Assembly: GCF_006345805.1 (NCBI RefSeq)
Contig: NC_043001.1
Location: 60,326,001 to 60,390,000, forward strand
Direction of reading: 5' to 3'
Length of the DNA: 64,000 nt
Source of the DNA: Octopus sinensis
Lineage: Eukaryota
The notes below the pieces were generated by a model. That model was not told the DNA's origin. It made no database searches and worked only from the letters and a program-made list of their open reading frames with translations. A program made the position numbers and the translations under genes. Positions 1-14,860 of this stretch are shown piece by piece (the first letter of the stretch is position 1; each line of letters begins with the position of its first letter).

Positions 1-644
1 CTTACTAAATTTCAGTGTAGAACTTGCCGAAAATATTTTAGATGTTGTAAGTGATGTTGATTGAAATCACATTAATTTCAGTTCAAGTTTATAAATTCAT
101 TCTTAAACAAACAGACAAAAAGATTATATTGATTTCACATATATCTTTTTTTCTTTTGCTTTATAATTATTTTAATTCTCAGAGCAGCGTATAGCAACTA
201 ATGGTAATATTGATAAACGATTGATATTATGAACATATATGCTTATATTGAACTGCCTCTTCAAAGTTAAGATTGTACGAAGTCTCGTCTTTATTATTCG
301 CAGTGACTATTATACAAAGAGAATTAGCACTTTGGCGTAACGCGTATTCATTTCTTCATTTATTTTTCGTCGTGATTTTGTAGGTCTGATTTCCCAGAAA
401 CATGGGCGACTAATCTATCATGTTGTTATTTTGAGTAGTTATCCCAATACTTGGGCAGTACACAATTAAGTCATGATGTGTACTTGTTGTTTGTGGGAAG
501 TGTTTCCACCTGCGCTATGACGATAGTATATAGTATATGTTAACTAATATGAAAAAAATTATTGAGACATCAGGTGCACAGATTCTACTACAAGACATCA
601 TGGAATGTGAAGGCAGTGAAAATTACACAACGTTGCATTTACTG

Positions 645-1155
<511 letters not shown>

Positions 1156-2483
1156 TACTTTATCAAGAAATGAAACAAAAGTAGAAAAAATACCTGTTTG
1201 ATTTCTCTTTTTTACTCTTTTTCTCTCTTCCTCTCACCCCCTATCTCTTTTTCGTGATCCCCCTCCAGCTGTCTCTCTCGCTCCCTCTCTCGCTGCATCT
1301 CTCTCTCCCCTCTCCCCTCTCTCTCTCCCCTCCCTCTCTCTCCCTCTTTGGGCTAATGTTATGCGTACCATGGCTTCAAAAATATATATTAAGATTGTTT
1401 CCATTAACTCTGCTGGTGTTAGAAATGAGGATATCAAGGCATTACATGTTAGTGTACGAAAATTTGCTATCATGAAAATAGGACAAGGATACACATTAGC
1501 CTCCTTGTATATATTACGTTATATCATACTAATGAACTGAAATATGAACATTATTTTAACGTTGTGTACTAAACATAAAATGAAAATCACCGTTGGAAAC
1601 GGCAATTTGGTTAAATTTAACAATGAAGGCGTTTTTCATTTGAAATTCAACTTGTGAGGATATATATATATATACGCAAGGGAAAATCGGGACGTAGATG
1701 CAACAATTATAATTGCCTATAGCTGAATAATTTGGGAAGCGAAAATTTTTTTCTTCGAGTATTCGCGAGAGGATAATTGCATAAGCTTATATAGTATAGC
1801 GAGAAAATATACTTGACGTTTTTAACTGCGGTTTCTATTCAAATCAATCGTTTGCTTGTAGGGGTCTAGTAGCTGTTGGTTAATTGAATTAAAACAAAAA
1901 GAAAATAAACCTAGGTGAAAGGTATCGATCATTATATTAGCTGCTAGAGATGATACGTAAAGAACTGAAAAGTATTTGCTAGTACCTGTCTTTTTTTGTT
2001 CAGTAGGAATATGATATGTGCTCTTAACGTTAGATACTGGAGAGGTTCTGTAATGAGATGGGTGATCTTGATGGCAGCGCAAAATTTGTATTTGTTATTG
2101 AGAAATGATTATTCATAACAGCGACTCTCTTGAGCAATTAGGAAGTAAAAGTACAGTGCCTATGGGCTAAATTTGATAGTTTGCATAAAAGCAAAAGAAA
2201 ATATATCACATCCTGAAGTAAAGGTATTTTTTAAAAAACTAGATTTAAAGATGGTGCTCCATAATGGCTGTAGTCAAAATGACTGAAACAAGTAAAATTA
2301 TAAAAGAATACATAATGGCAAGAATGTAATAGTTTACTGAAAGTAGGAGCTAAGGGATTACAATATATAGTCGATGAAATTAGGAGGCCTGGAATTGGGG
2401 CTTGTTAAGTTATAGAAATTCTCCGACAACTTCTTCTTCACTCTATCTCCAGGTATGACAGGAAGCCAAATCCTGCTATTATA

Positions 2484-3560
2484 TACGAGGTGTGTGTATT
2501 AAAGATTTCCTCTGACCCACTTCCGGTTATTGCAGGAAGCGGAATTTGTATAGGTATAATTATACATGTCTATACATGTCACATCATAAATTGCAGCTTT
2601 CCACCAGTATTCGTTTGTCTTTTACGGCTGCTGAAGTGAACTAGGACGTTGTAATGAAGGCAGTTGAAAGCTAATCAATGATCAGGTTCTTATATTTGAA
2701 AGGTCGTATATCAAAAGAAACTTTCGAAGAGATGAATGAAGTTAAAGTTGACGATGCACCATCATAAGACGTAGTCGATCACTCCTATCACCAGTTCAAA
2801 TGTAGTCGAAGATCGGTGAAAACTGCTCCAAATCCTGGATGACCACATTTCACTAACTGCACATGCGGAAATTCCCCAGATGCTCACAGTCTTTTTAGAA
2901 GTAGGAACAAGTCAACTGCTCCGAAGCTCTTTTGGCTGAGTGCCAAGAAAACGAGTAAGACTTTTTCGGCAGACATGTCAAACAGGATGAAACATGGGTC
3001 CATCACTATGATCCTGGGACTAAAGTCGAGTCGAAGCAATGGAAGTATGGTAACTCACCACCTCCAAAGAAGGCTAGTGTCCAACCCTCAGCAGGCAAAG
3101 TGATTCTACAGTCTTTTTGGACCAGCGCAGTGTAGTCATGATGGATTTTCTGGCAAAGAGTAGCACAAATAGCGGACCATATTATGCGTCTCAGCTGCAG
3201 AAATTGCGGGACGCCATCAAAGCAGAGTGTGGAATGCTGAGTAAATGAATCCACCTCCTTTAAGACAAGACCCCAGTTAATAATGCGCATGTCGCACACT
3301 CCTGCGTCTATGAAATCTTTTCTCATCCCCCTTCCTCTCCCGACCTCACACAATCTAATTTCAACTTTCTTCCAACCGTGAAGTGTTTTTTTTTAAGGGG
3401 AAACACTTTTTGGATGATGTTGAACTGATTTTCGAAGAAAATACCTTTGGCTCCAGACGCAACCTACCGACTTCAACTGACGAGGTTTTCACAGCTGCCA
3501 AAACGATGGGAGAAGAGTATCATAATTGGTGGTTGCTATGTAGAATAGAATAAATAATAT
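2484..3560 (+). pseudogene. mariner transposon with decayed transposase
   Basis: TACGAGG TIR-like start at 2484. Translates DETWVHHYDPGTKVESKQW..SAGKVI..FWD (from ~2986), a decayed PYSPDL region, LKGKHF and KRWEK; stops and frameshifts throughout. Confidence 0.92.
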
Positions 3561-3564
3561 TTTG

Positions 3565-4600
3565 TTTATCCCAATCCTTGGAAAGTGGGTTAGGGGAAAT
3601 CTTTAATGAACACCCCTCATATATAGCCTTCCAACAGTCTCCATAGTCGTCTGAGTTAAGCATAAGTAATGTTTCGAAAATGTGGGGTGGCTTGACCTCA
3701 CTATCATGGGAGACACATACAAAGACTATCACAGTTTGCGGAATTTGGTATTCACGACACGTGAGACATCACATGAATTGTAAGCAGGCCAACAGCAGTT
3801 CAGAATTCTGTGCATCCGGTCTAGGCAGAAGTCCTTTTCGTCTGAGAAGAGCCAGATCACACCCAGCTCAATATAATTCCTTAGAAACTTCAATGCTTTC
3901 ATCAAGCTGTTCTCTTTCACTGTCCGAATTTGAATCCTGTGCCTCAGTTTTGGGCGGTAGTGAGGGAACCATCTTCTTGTTGGTGATTACAACACATATC
4001 TCTCTCGACAAAGAAGGTATTTCCTTGCTCAGATCTTCTAGCACATTATCATCTAGTTACTTGAGGAATTTTGGTTTGTAGAGATTGTTAGAAAACCTTT
4101 CCGCTGGCCACAGCTTCGTAGTCTCTGTTGCATCTCTCCATGTCACGTCTTACAACTTTACAGAGTCTACAGTGCATTGAACAGTAGTCATAACGTTAGC
4201 ATCTTGATAGCGAATCATCATGATATATGTAACTAATTTCCAATATTCAGGTGATAGCCATTCTTCTATGTCAGCTAACGATATTTCAACTACAACCTTA
4301 AGCTCTATGCTTTCCAGCGCCATTGACTGTACATCAATACATCAAGCTGTTCTTGAAAAAAGAAGCATAAAGCACCACCAAATTTATATCAGACTCTAAA
4401 TTGGATATCTGAGTAAATGGTGCTGTATGGGAATTGATTTGTTGATTCTTAATAAAAAGCACAAAACTATCGAGCAATAAAATGAGCAACAGTGATTCAG
4501 AGAACCACGTCCAAGGTTTCTTAGAGATATAGTGTTTCAGAGACAACTGTTGATAATTATTAGCCTCAAACATTTGAGGCAATATGGTGTGATTTGAGAA
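3565..4600 (-). pseudogene. decayed coding-like segment of unidentified protein
   Basis: Long minus-strand reading frames broken by a few stops (DDNVLEDLSKEIPSLSREICVVITNKK..*AGCDLALLRRKGLL..*CLTCREY..); not low-complexity; family not recognised. Confidence 0.4.
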
Positions 4601-5086
4601 AACACTTTCTAGAAAATATTTTTATCATTCAAATAACTGCATAGACGATTCATAGTTGGCTTGCTTTAAGACAAGTGTATGTACAAATTATCGTTGTTTA
4701 AATCAAATTTAAAGAGGGTGGTGATTCTGGGGAAGCGAGAGTTGAGTTAAATTATCTTAATGCAGAAATGGATTAATAGCAGCTGTTTGTATTTCAAACA
4801 ACTACCGTGACTGGGAGAGACAGTAGATGACTATTAAATAAAAAAAGATGCAATGATTCATTATTTATGAAATTCAAGTGCAAGTCATTTATGATTAAAC
4901 AAAGTGTACTATATGAGTTCTTCTTACTCGACATTGAAACATTGATTAGACCCTGGATAGCTATGAAATATTCAAAACATATTTAACTAAAGCCAATATC
5001 CTGTTTATGGGGGTGAATATGATCAGAGCTGAACTTAATGGCATACATGTCGCGATGAAATTGTTCACAATAGCAACTTTTGTGTA

Positions 5087-5149
<63 letters not shown>

Positions 5150-6984
5150 AAGAACTTATTCTCAGTTGAACATTTTATTGAATGATATCATTTGTACGAG
5201 AGTGACTGATGTGTTGCCTAATATTACATTATATTCTAAAAGGGGTCAACCTGCATATCAATGACATTTGATTGTGATACAAAAATCAAATTTTAAGAAA
5301 CTGAGGAATTTGGATCCTGGTTGCTATGACATCCATATGAATGCTCATATACAAATTAAGCATTATGTACGAGAAGATGTTGCAAGCTACGTCTAAAATA
5401 AGCGCAACATCTGATTTACAAATAGAAACAATATAGGAGCAAGGGTTAGGGTGTTTCGAATCAATATTATCTTATTTGCAATTTTATCTCTCCTAGTGAA
5501 TTTGTGGATCGGTTATAAACATAGGTAACAATGTGTTCAGCTTCTTGGTCGCTTCGCTTATATTCGCTATGTTTTACCTCTTTGTAGAAGCTTGGGGAAA
5601 CTTGTTGCACAATGTAGCAGAAATTTCATGTCCGTGTGGATATTTGTTATTGACAAGATTTAAATACTGTCATTTAAATACTGCCTGAAATGTCTGAAAT
5701 ATTGCCATTTTACTATTCATGCCATTTTCTCTAATTTTCTGTACCTTAATCATTATTGATCTCACTACCCACGTCGGAAAAATTGCCTACATCTCGTACA
5801 ATATTCAGTTTGAAGGAGACATCAATTCAGGAGAAGAAAAAACGGAAAACACCGGCCATAGAATACTTGGCGCGAGTTTTTAAATGAACAGCGGTCAACC
5901 AACTTTGCAAGAAGTAATTCTAGTGACTATGTAGGAGAGAGCTTAAACCTTTTTGCATTATTTTCGGATATATTCTAGCAAAAATAAGCTGACACATTTG
6001 AATGAAATAAGTAAAGCGTTTAAGGTATTTACCAATATTTCATACGTTTGAATGAGTGCATCATATTGATGACAGAGTACCTTACATATACTGAAGTTTC
6101 TTCTATTTCATAACTGGAACCTATTTTGTCTTCGACATCTGTCGCATGGCGTGGAACTTTGCCATGTCGTTCAAATCACGGAGCGAACGCTTTATTTGTT
6201 AAAATTATCAATACAGATTTTTTACAGATGTTATTGAAACGAAATAAACAGAAAATCGAAAGATCTGTAGAGACGACCATAAGTTATTATTTAAGTGCAC
6301 TGCTAATACAGTAGTACACAGTATTGGCTTATAAAATTGTTTAATATACTTGGTAGCATATTAGAGTGGCATAACGAAATACCGGGCGCCTGCAAGACGT
6401 TAATATTTACGAACAATTCATTGTGAAGAAAGTATTTGTCTGGTATACTTCCTGTGTAACCCGAATGGATCTTTATAGGCCTACGACGCGTGAACTCATG
6501 CACAATGTTGTCATTTATACTGTTTATGCGTCACTCAAGTTGAGCAGTTTCAATTTAGTAACCTTTTGACTTATATAAATTTTCTTTTTACTTAGACATC
6601 AGTAAAGTTAGGGCGTTTTGTTATTATTAATGGTATTAGGAATAATAACAACAAAAGAGCTTCAACAATAATAAAAATATTTACAAGTATTGCTGGGAGA
6701 GTCGCAAATATTCTTAAGATCTTGTGAGTTGAAAGGACCGCGGTGATTTACAAATGCAAGTGTAAACAAAACCAATAGTGAACAAGAAAATGATGACCAC
6801 AAAATGGCTACACATGCGTCACTCTCCCATCCATTCACTCCATCCTACTGGTATCAGCTTACAGGAGGTCCACCTACCCGGTTCTTCTTCAGGATAGTTA
6901 TCTATATTTCAATAGATAATTAATTGGGATGGGTATCACCTCCTTCTTAACCATCACTATATTTTGGAATTGGAACTTTGAAAA

Positions 6985-7590
6985 CTCTATGAGGGCTTAG
7001 TGGAATAAGAAAGGGCCTTGTCTGCAATCGTTTCTCCAAATCGCTTTTAATTAGCCATTAGGTATAAAATGCCTGCCTGTCCTTTCCTACTTAAGAAATG
7101 CAGCAGAGATATATTCGTAATTGATTCGGCTAATGGCCGGATCAATCCTTCGTGCCATAATAGCTGTTCCACATAACTTCCCAAGTCAGCATTCCACAAA
7201 CAATGTACGAACAAGTGCAGGAAGATTTCCTAGTCTGTATAACATCACCTGACTGAAAGATACTGTCCGCGAGGTGACCTCTATGCGGAAATGCACACTA
7301 GTAATACTGAAATGCCAGGACCTTCTCACAATTGTCCATAGGACTTGACCGAATGTAATCCGGCTTCGCTCACGCAGTTGATTCTTATTGACATTTAAAT
7401 TCTCCCCAATGATTTGGTGACCGTATTTCGCCACAAATTCCTGACTTGGTCTTCGCTTCCAACACGATGATAGATCTTTCAGAGAGACGAGTTGTGTAAA
7501 AGTAAGTCTAACGATCATATATCTGTTCAACAATAAGGAAGCTCTAGACATGTAGCCTCGTTGCATTTTTGAAGATTACCTCTCGTATGG
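6985..7590 (-). mobile_element. possible old mariner remnant
   Basis: TACGAGAGG-like end at ~7588 and TATGAGGG at ~6987; weak similarity of IIGENLNVNK..CEKVLA to the mariner N-terminal region. Confidence 0.3.
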
Positions 7591-7807
7591 TTACTACAAT
7601 AGATTTGTTTCCCGAGTGCGCGGGCAAATGAAAATCCTTTAAACTGATGCAGATGCCTTTTTAATGTACAATTAAAACACTCTGGGAAACAAATCATAAA
7701 CAATCATTTATTAAATACGTATCATATGTGTGTATACATACATGCATATATGTATACGTGTGTGATGTGTGTGTGTGTTAGTGCATTATATACACAGACA
7801 TGTGCGC

Positions 7808-7862
<55 letters not shown>

Positions 7863-8529
7863 TGCGTGCCTGTCTCTGTACATATGTGTATGTGGGGATG
7901 TGGGGATGTGTGAAAACTGTCGCAGTTTTCTATAATGTCACTACGCATTTATGACAAATGCTTTATATTTAAGACTCAATAATTTTATTGCCTCTTACTT
8001 TCTCTGTGTTTCTTTTCACTGTTGCAACAGTTGCTTTCTTTATATTAATATATTTCATAGATTCTATTAAACTCTTTGAAGTTTATAGTTCATTTAATAT
8101 AATAATTTCAATTAATTAACGCTTCGAAATTGACTTTCTTGACATTCAAATCTTTATTATTCAATCACGAAAACATTTCACAACATACAGCAAGTAATTC
8201 TTAGTTAAGCGTAATTAAGTATATGATCTATCTGATTAGCGAAAAAGTGAAATGTAAGTTATGGTAATTATGATACATCCTCTAGAAGTATAGATAATTT
8301 TAATAAATCAAGAAATTATATTTGTATGATATTTGATGTAGTTGTATTTGTCAACACAACTACTCGCCCCCAGCCAGACACACGCATATATAATCATGCG
8401 TGTGAGTGTGTGTGCTGTATGTGTGTGTGTGTGTGTGCGTGTGTGTGTGTGTGTGTGTGTAGTGTTTGTCTCTTTGTGTATGTGTTTATGTCTGTGCACG
8501 TGTGTGTGTTACGTTGTATGGTAAGTTAA

Positions 8530-8790
8530 TAGGAGAGTGACCGAAAACTTGAAAATTAGAAGGCGCTATATGAGGAGCATACGGTGTGCGCAGTGGAATG
8601 TGGAGCTCAGAAACAGCATTTGTGGCCAAATTAGCAGCGTGCCAGCTGGAGTTCCTCTCATCCTTTCGTTGCATGAAGCTAATGTGCGCTGAAATTGTGG
8701 ACTTTCCCATATCGAATGAAAGCAACGGATAAAGGTATCATGGGAGCATCCACTGTGCTGGGCTAGCCCGGGTCTTGTAGGATGAACTCG
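8530..8790 (-). pseudogene. mariner transposase fragment
   Basis: RNSSWHAANLATNAVSEL..PYAPHIAPSNFQVFGHS resembles HDNARPH..HPPYSPDLAPSDFHLF. Confidence 0.7.
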
Positions 8791-9424
8791 TTAAATTTAT
8801 CCTCATGGGACATAAGAGTCACTGAAGTTGGATTTGATTTCCCTCCTTGGAGTGTGAATGCTATTTCTGTCAAATTCGTTCAATTATAGTCTTCGCACGC
8901 AGCACAAATTTCTCGAATGGTTTGCCTAGTTGTAATCTTAACTAAAATCAAAGTGAAGATGTCAGAATGTCATTTTTTATCTACTTGGCAATCTATCGTT
9001 ATATATCTGGGGAAAAATGGGGGAAATCTACTGGAATTTTCAAAAGCGACTAATTAATTTTATAGAGGAGGAATAGGGCTTCAAAAAATTAAAACAATAC
9101 GATAAAGAATGTGATTAAAATATTATACAAGGTAACATAGCATTGGAAAGAAGCATACCAATTATCTACCAACTCAACACATATATATAAATATGTGCAT
9201 AAGTTTGTGCGTGTGTGTGTGTTTCTTAGATGAAATCCAGAAGTTTTAAATTTGAATTTAGAATCCGATGTCTTTATAGATGATCGATTCAATGGGTAAA
9301 GAATAGCTATATGAGGGATCACGTTGAGTAGTTAACGATGCAATAGTACAGATAAATAAACTAGATTTATTACGTACTAGCAGACATACTTGTTGCTTGG
9401 GATTAAAATGGCATAGTTGATTAT

Positions 9425-9790
9425 TGTTTTACTTGTTTCAGTCACGTGACAGCGGCCATGCTGGAACACCGTTTTAGTCGAAGAAATAGCCCCTAAGATT
9501 TATTATATTAAACCTAGTACTTATTCTATTGACGTGTTTTGCCAAACTGCTAAGTTACAGGGCCGTAAACACAGAAACATAGGTTGTTAAGTGATGGTTA
9601 GGTTACACACACGCATACACACACAAATATACACGTATACACGAAAGTCTGCTTTCAGTTTCCGTGTACAGAATCCACTGTCAACGCTTCTGTGAGCCTG
9701 AAGCTATAGCATATATATATATATACATCAAAATAAGCAACAGGATATCAAGAGGTAGTGCAGTATGAGCGTTTCAAGCGACTCCATTTA
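9425..9790 (-). mobile_element. degenerate octopus-type tRNA-derived SINE
   Basis: acttgtttcagtcacgtgacagcggccatgctggaacacc matches the 3' end of the copies at 13369 and 44439. Confidence 0.8.
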
Positions 9791-9835
9791 ATTGAACTAT
9801 ACAATCATTACATCAATTTAAATTCAGGGCAAATT

Positions 9836-10516
9836 CAGCTGCATAAGTAAATAGAATTTTTTAATCAGTTGGACACATTAATATAAATTACCAAAATTCT
9901 GTAATAGAGCAAGAAGAGGGAAACAGTGCATTTTGCTACTAATGTAATTCAAAATATACTACGATTCTAAGAACTATATGAAGTTTTTCAGGGTCATAGA
10001 TTGTAGTAAGCTGAAAGTGTATCTTGATACAACATATCAATATTGTTTATATACAGTCATCCATTGAACTCCATGATCATTTTCTCTGTATTACCATCAT
10101 AAGTTTTATTAGAGTCTTGACGCTTTAACTGGTAATTTATATCTTGATTTAGGATCTTCCTCTATACAGCCTCCTTTATAGACAGTTACTTACACATTTC
10201 CTCAAATCCTGACAATATTCATGACCATACCCAACTATAAACTGTCAACTCACTCCGCCTATCCATCCTAAACAGACACTGTCCTCTAGCCTTAGATTTG
10301 GTAGTTGATGAAAAAAAGACTTATATTTTTAAAATGAATAACAATATTACAAGCTATGACCCTAACAAACTTTATACAGTTCTTGGAAGTGTAGTATATA
10401 TTGAGCTACATTAGTAGCAACCTGGGTATTTTACCATCTTCTTGCTCTATTAGAGAATTTAAAATTATATTAATGTGTCCAACTGCTGAAAAAAATCTAA
10501 TTATTTATGCAGCTGA
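9836..10516. mobile_element. fold-back element with ~110-bp imperfect terminal inverted repeats
   Basis: tcagctgcataa..gttggacacattaatata..tagagcaagaaga..gctactaatgta (9836-9945) is inverted at 10408-10516. Confidence 0.75.
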
Positions 10517-10720
10517 GGATAGCCCTGCATTTAAATTGATGCAATGATTGCATTGTACAATTAAATGGAACCGCTTGAAATGGTCGTAGTGCATCACCTC
10601 TTGATCTATTGCTTCTCTTTGATTTCATTCATCTTACTTTGAGTTGTACGGAAACGCTTCAGGTGCAACTTTCCTGTCCATAGATTACACTGGACTCTGT
10701 TTATAAGATATATACATATA

Positions 10721-10796
<76 letters not shown>

Positions 10797-10898
10797 CGTT
10801 TATACATATACATACATATATATGTTCACATATATACATGCATACATACGTTCATATATCTATATATACATAAATATATATATATCGCACTTCGACTT

Positions 10899-10961
<63 letters not shown>

Positions 10962-11055
10962 AAATTACGTATATATATACATGCATATATATATATATAT
11001 ATACACATATCTATGTATATAAATATATATACATAGTTTTAATATATTTTAAAAT

Positions 11056-11511
11056 TAAGGAAAAATTTATACTAGATTTTATCAGGTAGTCAGCATGCAA
11101 TAAACCGGTTAAGTTTAAAATAATCAAAGTATAAATAAGTATCAACGGCAAGCGTGTGCGTATATAATTCACCAACATGCTGGAAAAAAGATGCCAACGT
11201 CTAAAACCTATCTTATATTATCCCCTTAAAGTATAAACACGCGCAGTACTCGTAAATAAACAAATAAACAAAACATTTTCATGAAATGGTTCAATTGCAT
11301 ATCAATTAATTTAAAGATTAACGGGCAATCCTTTCTCTTTAATACATGGTGATATCTTTAGGTAGTTTTTAGATATTGGTGTCTTCTTCTAGCATGGTCG
11401 CAAATTGTATACGTACTCGCTTGCCCTGGATTTATAAATTGATTTATTTAACTTTAACCGGTTGATTGCATGCTGACTACCTGATAAAATCTAATATAGA
11501 TTTTATCCTTT
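11056..11511. mobile_element. fold-back element next to (TA)n
   Basis: tagattttatcaggtagtcagcatgcaat-aaccggttaa is inverted at both ends; the arms continue inward with decayed similarity. Confidence 0.8.
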
Positions 11512-11817
11512 ATCTACCTATATAAGAGGACAAAATATTGACACTTTGGCTTTGGTAAGGATTCAATGGCACTAGACGTGCTAGGATCGAGCAGGGATAG
11601 TAAATGCGTGGTGAGGATCCGACCTGCGACGGTTAACATTCGCAAGCTATAAAGATGTGGTTGCTATGGCAAAGAGAGTGAAAATTGAAAATTGTTTGTT
11701 GTTTCCCTCTAATGGTTATCACCCTTTCCTCTTCCATATCGCTCTTTCCCCCTTACCTCCTCTTAATCTCTATAACGACTTTTCACAGCTTCTACTCTCT
11801 TTCCCTCTCCGTATTCG

Positions 11818-11856
<39 letters not shown>

Positions 11857-12042
11857 GCAAACTTTTCTAATTGAATCCCCCCGCCAACATACATAACCCC
11901 TCTCTCTTTTTCTCTGTTACTCACTCACATTTTCTCTCACTGTAACAAGTGAATAACAAAATTTGAGTTAACTCTCTCGCCCATATCTCACGTCCCATTA
12001 ATCACACAGACACACACGCTCTCTTTCTCTCTCTCTCTCTCA

Positions 12043-12075
<33 letters not shown>

Positions 12076-12244
12076 GTTCTCTCTCTCTCTTCTTCTCTCA
12101 GACATAAAAGCATGCCCCTTGACAAGGACGGAAGAGATCAATCACTTTCACGACTTCAAAAGATCTGCTTTCCACCCCTCCAAAGATAAATACAAACCAC
12201 CTCATGCTGACAGAAAAAGTCCCGCCAAATTAGCCAGAAACATA

Positions 12245-12900
12245 CACACACACACACGTCCATTTCATATATCTTCTTTCAATTTCTGCTCTCTCATTAC
12301 TCAGATGTCCAATACAATAGCTCTCACCTACATTTTCTTATCTAAAAAGGTACGTGTCCAATTTTTCTATAAGAATATAACACTGATTTCTTCCATACAT
12401 CTCCACTTTACATTTGGCTGCTATTTCTATCAGATCTACCCACCATGTAGACATCAACTATCGTAAAGATTTTCTACTATGACCTCACATTTTCTATGTA
12501 TGTGTGTATACCTTAAAAGACGTGATTAGACAGAGGTCCAGTAGAATAGTTCTCAGAAACAGACTAAGTACAAATTCACAACACCTGAAGCTGTTTTCTG
12601 CGAAGTTATTTTCACTTCACTCACTCTATCTCTCTTTCTCACCCTCATTCTCTCTCACATACACACGCGCAAGCACGCAAGCCACACACACACGTCCATT
12701 TCACATATCTTTCAATTTCTGCTATCTGCAAATCAATTTCTTTATGGATACATCTGCTTACAAAAATAGGGATTAATGTATAATTTCTTTCTAGGTTCAT
12801 AATTAAATAAATGTTTTAATGATTAGACAGAGGTCCAATATAATGGCTCTCAGAAACAGACTATGTACAAATTTTTTCTTCACAACTCCTGAAGCTGTTT
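12245..12900 (+). repeat. patchy local direct duplication
   Basis: cacacgtccatttca..tcaatttctgct at ~12250 and ~12685; gattagacagaggtcc..ctcagaaacagact..ctgaagctgtttt at ~12524 and ~12822. Confidence 0.75.
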
Positions 12901-13064
12901 TTTGACGGGGATGGGGGTAGGGGACAAATTTTCATACAACTGGAGGCTCCAATCGAAACAGGGGACCCGAATTGATAAGGTTGAGAAATGCTGTTATAGA
13001 TTATGCTTAACCTAAAACGATCACAGTCACATCATTTAAACAGACCGGGTGAAACCGTGCTTAT

Positions 13065-13300
13065 CTATATATATAAAACTGAGAATATGTGTCTGTCTGT
13101 CTGTGTGAATCCCTAAAACGTGAGAACTACACAACCAATTTCATTCAAATTTTACACATGCTTTCAGTAGTGTCCATGTAGTTTCATGGACAAGAGCGAG
13201 CCCACAGCAATGTCATATCTTCTCCATATCAGCGGTTTTAAATTCATATTAATCAAATTAATATTCAATTTTTCACCCTTATTATTTTAATTTAAATTTA
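13065..13300 (+). mobile_element. non-autonomous Helitron-like 5' fragment
   Basis: TCTATATATATAAAACTGAGAAT then (GTCT)n; homologous to 31478. Confidence 0.5.
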
Positions 13301-13304
13301 CATG

Positions 13305-13338
<34 letters not shown>

Positions 13339-13368
13339 ATATTATATATATATATACATATATATATA

Positions 13369-13791
13369 CTCCTTTACTCTTTTACTTGTTTCAGTCATTT
13401 GACTGCGGCCATGCTGGAGCACCGCCTTTAATCGAGCAATTCGACCCCGGGACTTATTCTTTTGTAAGCCCAGTACTTATTCTATCGGTCTCTTTTGCCG
13501 AACCGCTAGGTAAGAGGGACATTAACACACCAGCATCGGTTGTCATGCAATGCTAGGGGGACAAACACAGACACACGAACACACACACACACATATATAT
13601 ATACATATATACGACGGGCTTCTTTCAGTTTCCGTCTACCAAATCCATTCACAAGGCTTTGGTCGGCCTGAGGCTATAGTAGAAGACACTTGCCCAAGGT
13701 ACCACTTGCCCAAAGTGCCACTTGCCCAAGGTGCCACGCAGTGGGACTGAACCTGGGACCAAGCTACTTATCACACAGCCACTCCTGCGCC
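13369..13791 (-). mobile_element. octopus-type tRNA-derived SINE
   Basis: Head ggcgcaggagtggctgtgtg, central cttgggcaagtg domain (triplicated here), tail gactgaaacaagtaaaagag. Confidence 0.93.
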
Positions 13792-13822
<31 letters not shown>

Positions 13823-14093
13823 AAATATAGATGTATATATATAGATGCATATATATATATATATATATGTGTATATATGAATGTGTATATATACATATAT
13901 ATATGTATATATATGGATGTATATATATATATATACAACTATATATATATACATATAGATGTATATGTATAGCTCTATATGTATATGTATACATGCATGT
14001 GTATGCATGTATGTCTAGATGTATATATATATATAGATGTACATGTAATATGTACACACACATATATATATACACATATATATATATATACAC

Positions 14094-14140
<47 letters not shown>

Positions 14141-14331
14141 ATATATATTATATATACATATATACATGCATATATGTATGTAGTTTTTTGTCCCCTCTAT
14201 ATTTAATCCCCTGTAGGCAATAAAGAAATAAATATTATCTTATCTAGAAGGCGGAGAGCATTGTGCCTAGAGTATAAAAGATGTATGAACGATTATATTC
14301 TCATTATCTTTTCTTATGCATTTGTTTAAAA

Positions 14332-14860
14332 GCGGTGAATTGACACGCCGGGCGAAATGCATTAGCGGTATTTTGTCTGCCCTTACGTTCTAAATTCAAA
14401 TTCCACCGAAGTCGACTTTGCCTTTCATATTTTGGGGCCGATAAATTAATCGACTCAATTGTTTGTCTGTCCTTGTTTGTTCTCCCTGTGTTTAGCCTCT
14501 TGTTGGCAGTAAAGAAATAGGTATCTCGTCTGCCGCTACGTTCTGAGTTCAAATTCCGCCAAGGTCGACTTTGCTCTTCATCCTTTCGGGGTCGATTAAA
14601 CAAGTACCAGTTACGCACTGGGGTCGATATAATCGACTTAATGCGTTTGTCTGTCCTTGTTTGTCCTCTCTGTGTTTAACACCTTGTGGGTAGTAAAGAA
14701 ATTGGTATTTCGTCTGCCGCTACGTTCTGAGGTCGAATTCCGCCGAGATCATCCTTTTGGGGTCGATAACTTAAGTACCAATGGCATACTGAGTTGATCT
14801 AATAGACTGGTCCCCTCCCCTTAAATTTTGAGCTTTGTGCCTAAAGTAGAAAAGAATATT
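14332..14860 (+). mobile_element. second SINE family with three tandem internal units
   Basis: gtattt(c)gtctgccgctacgttctgagttcaaattccgcc.. recurs at ~14367, ~14521 and ~14705. Confidence 0.8.
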
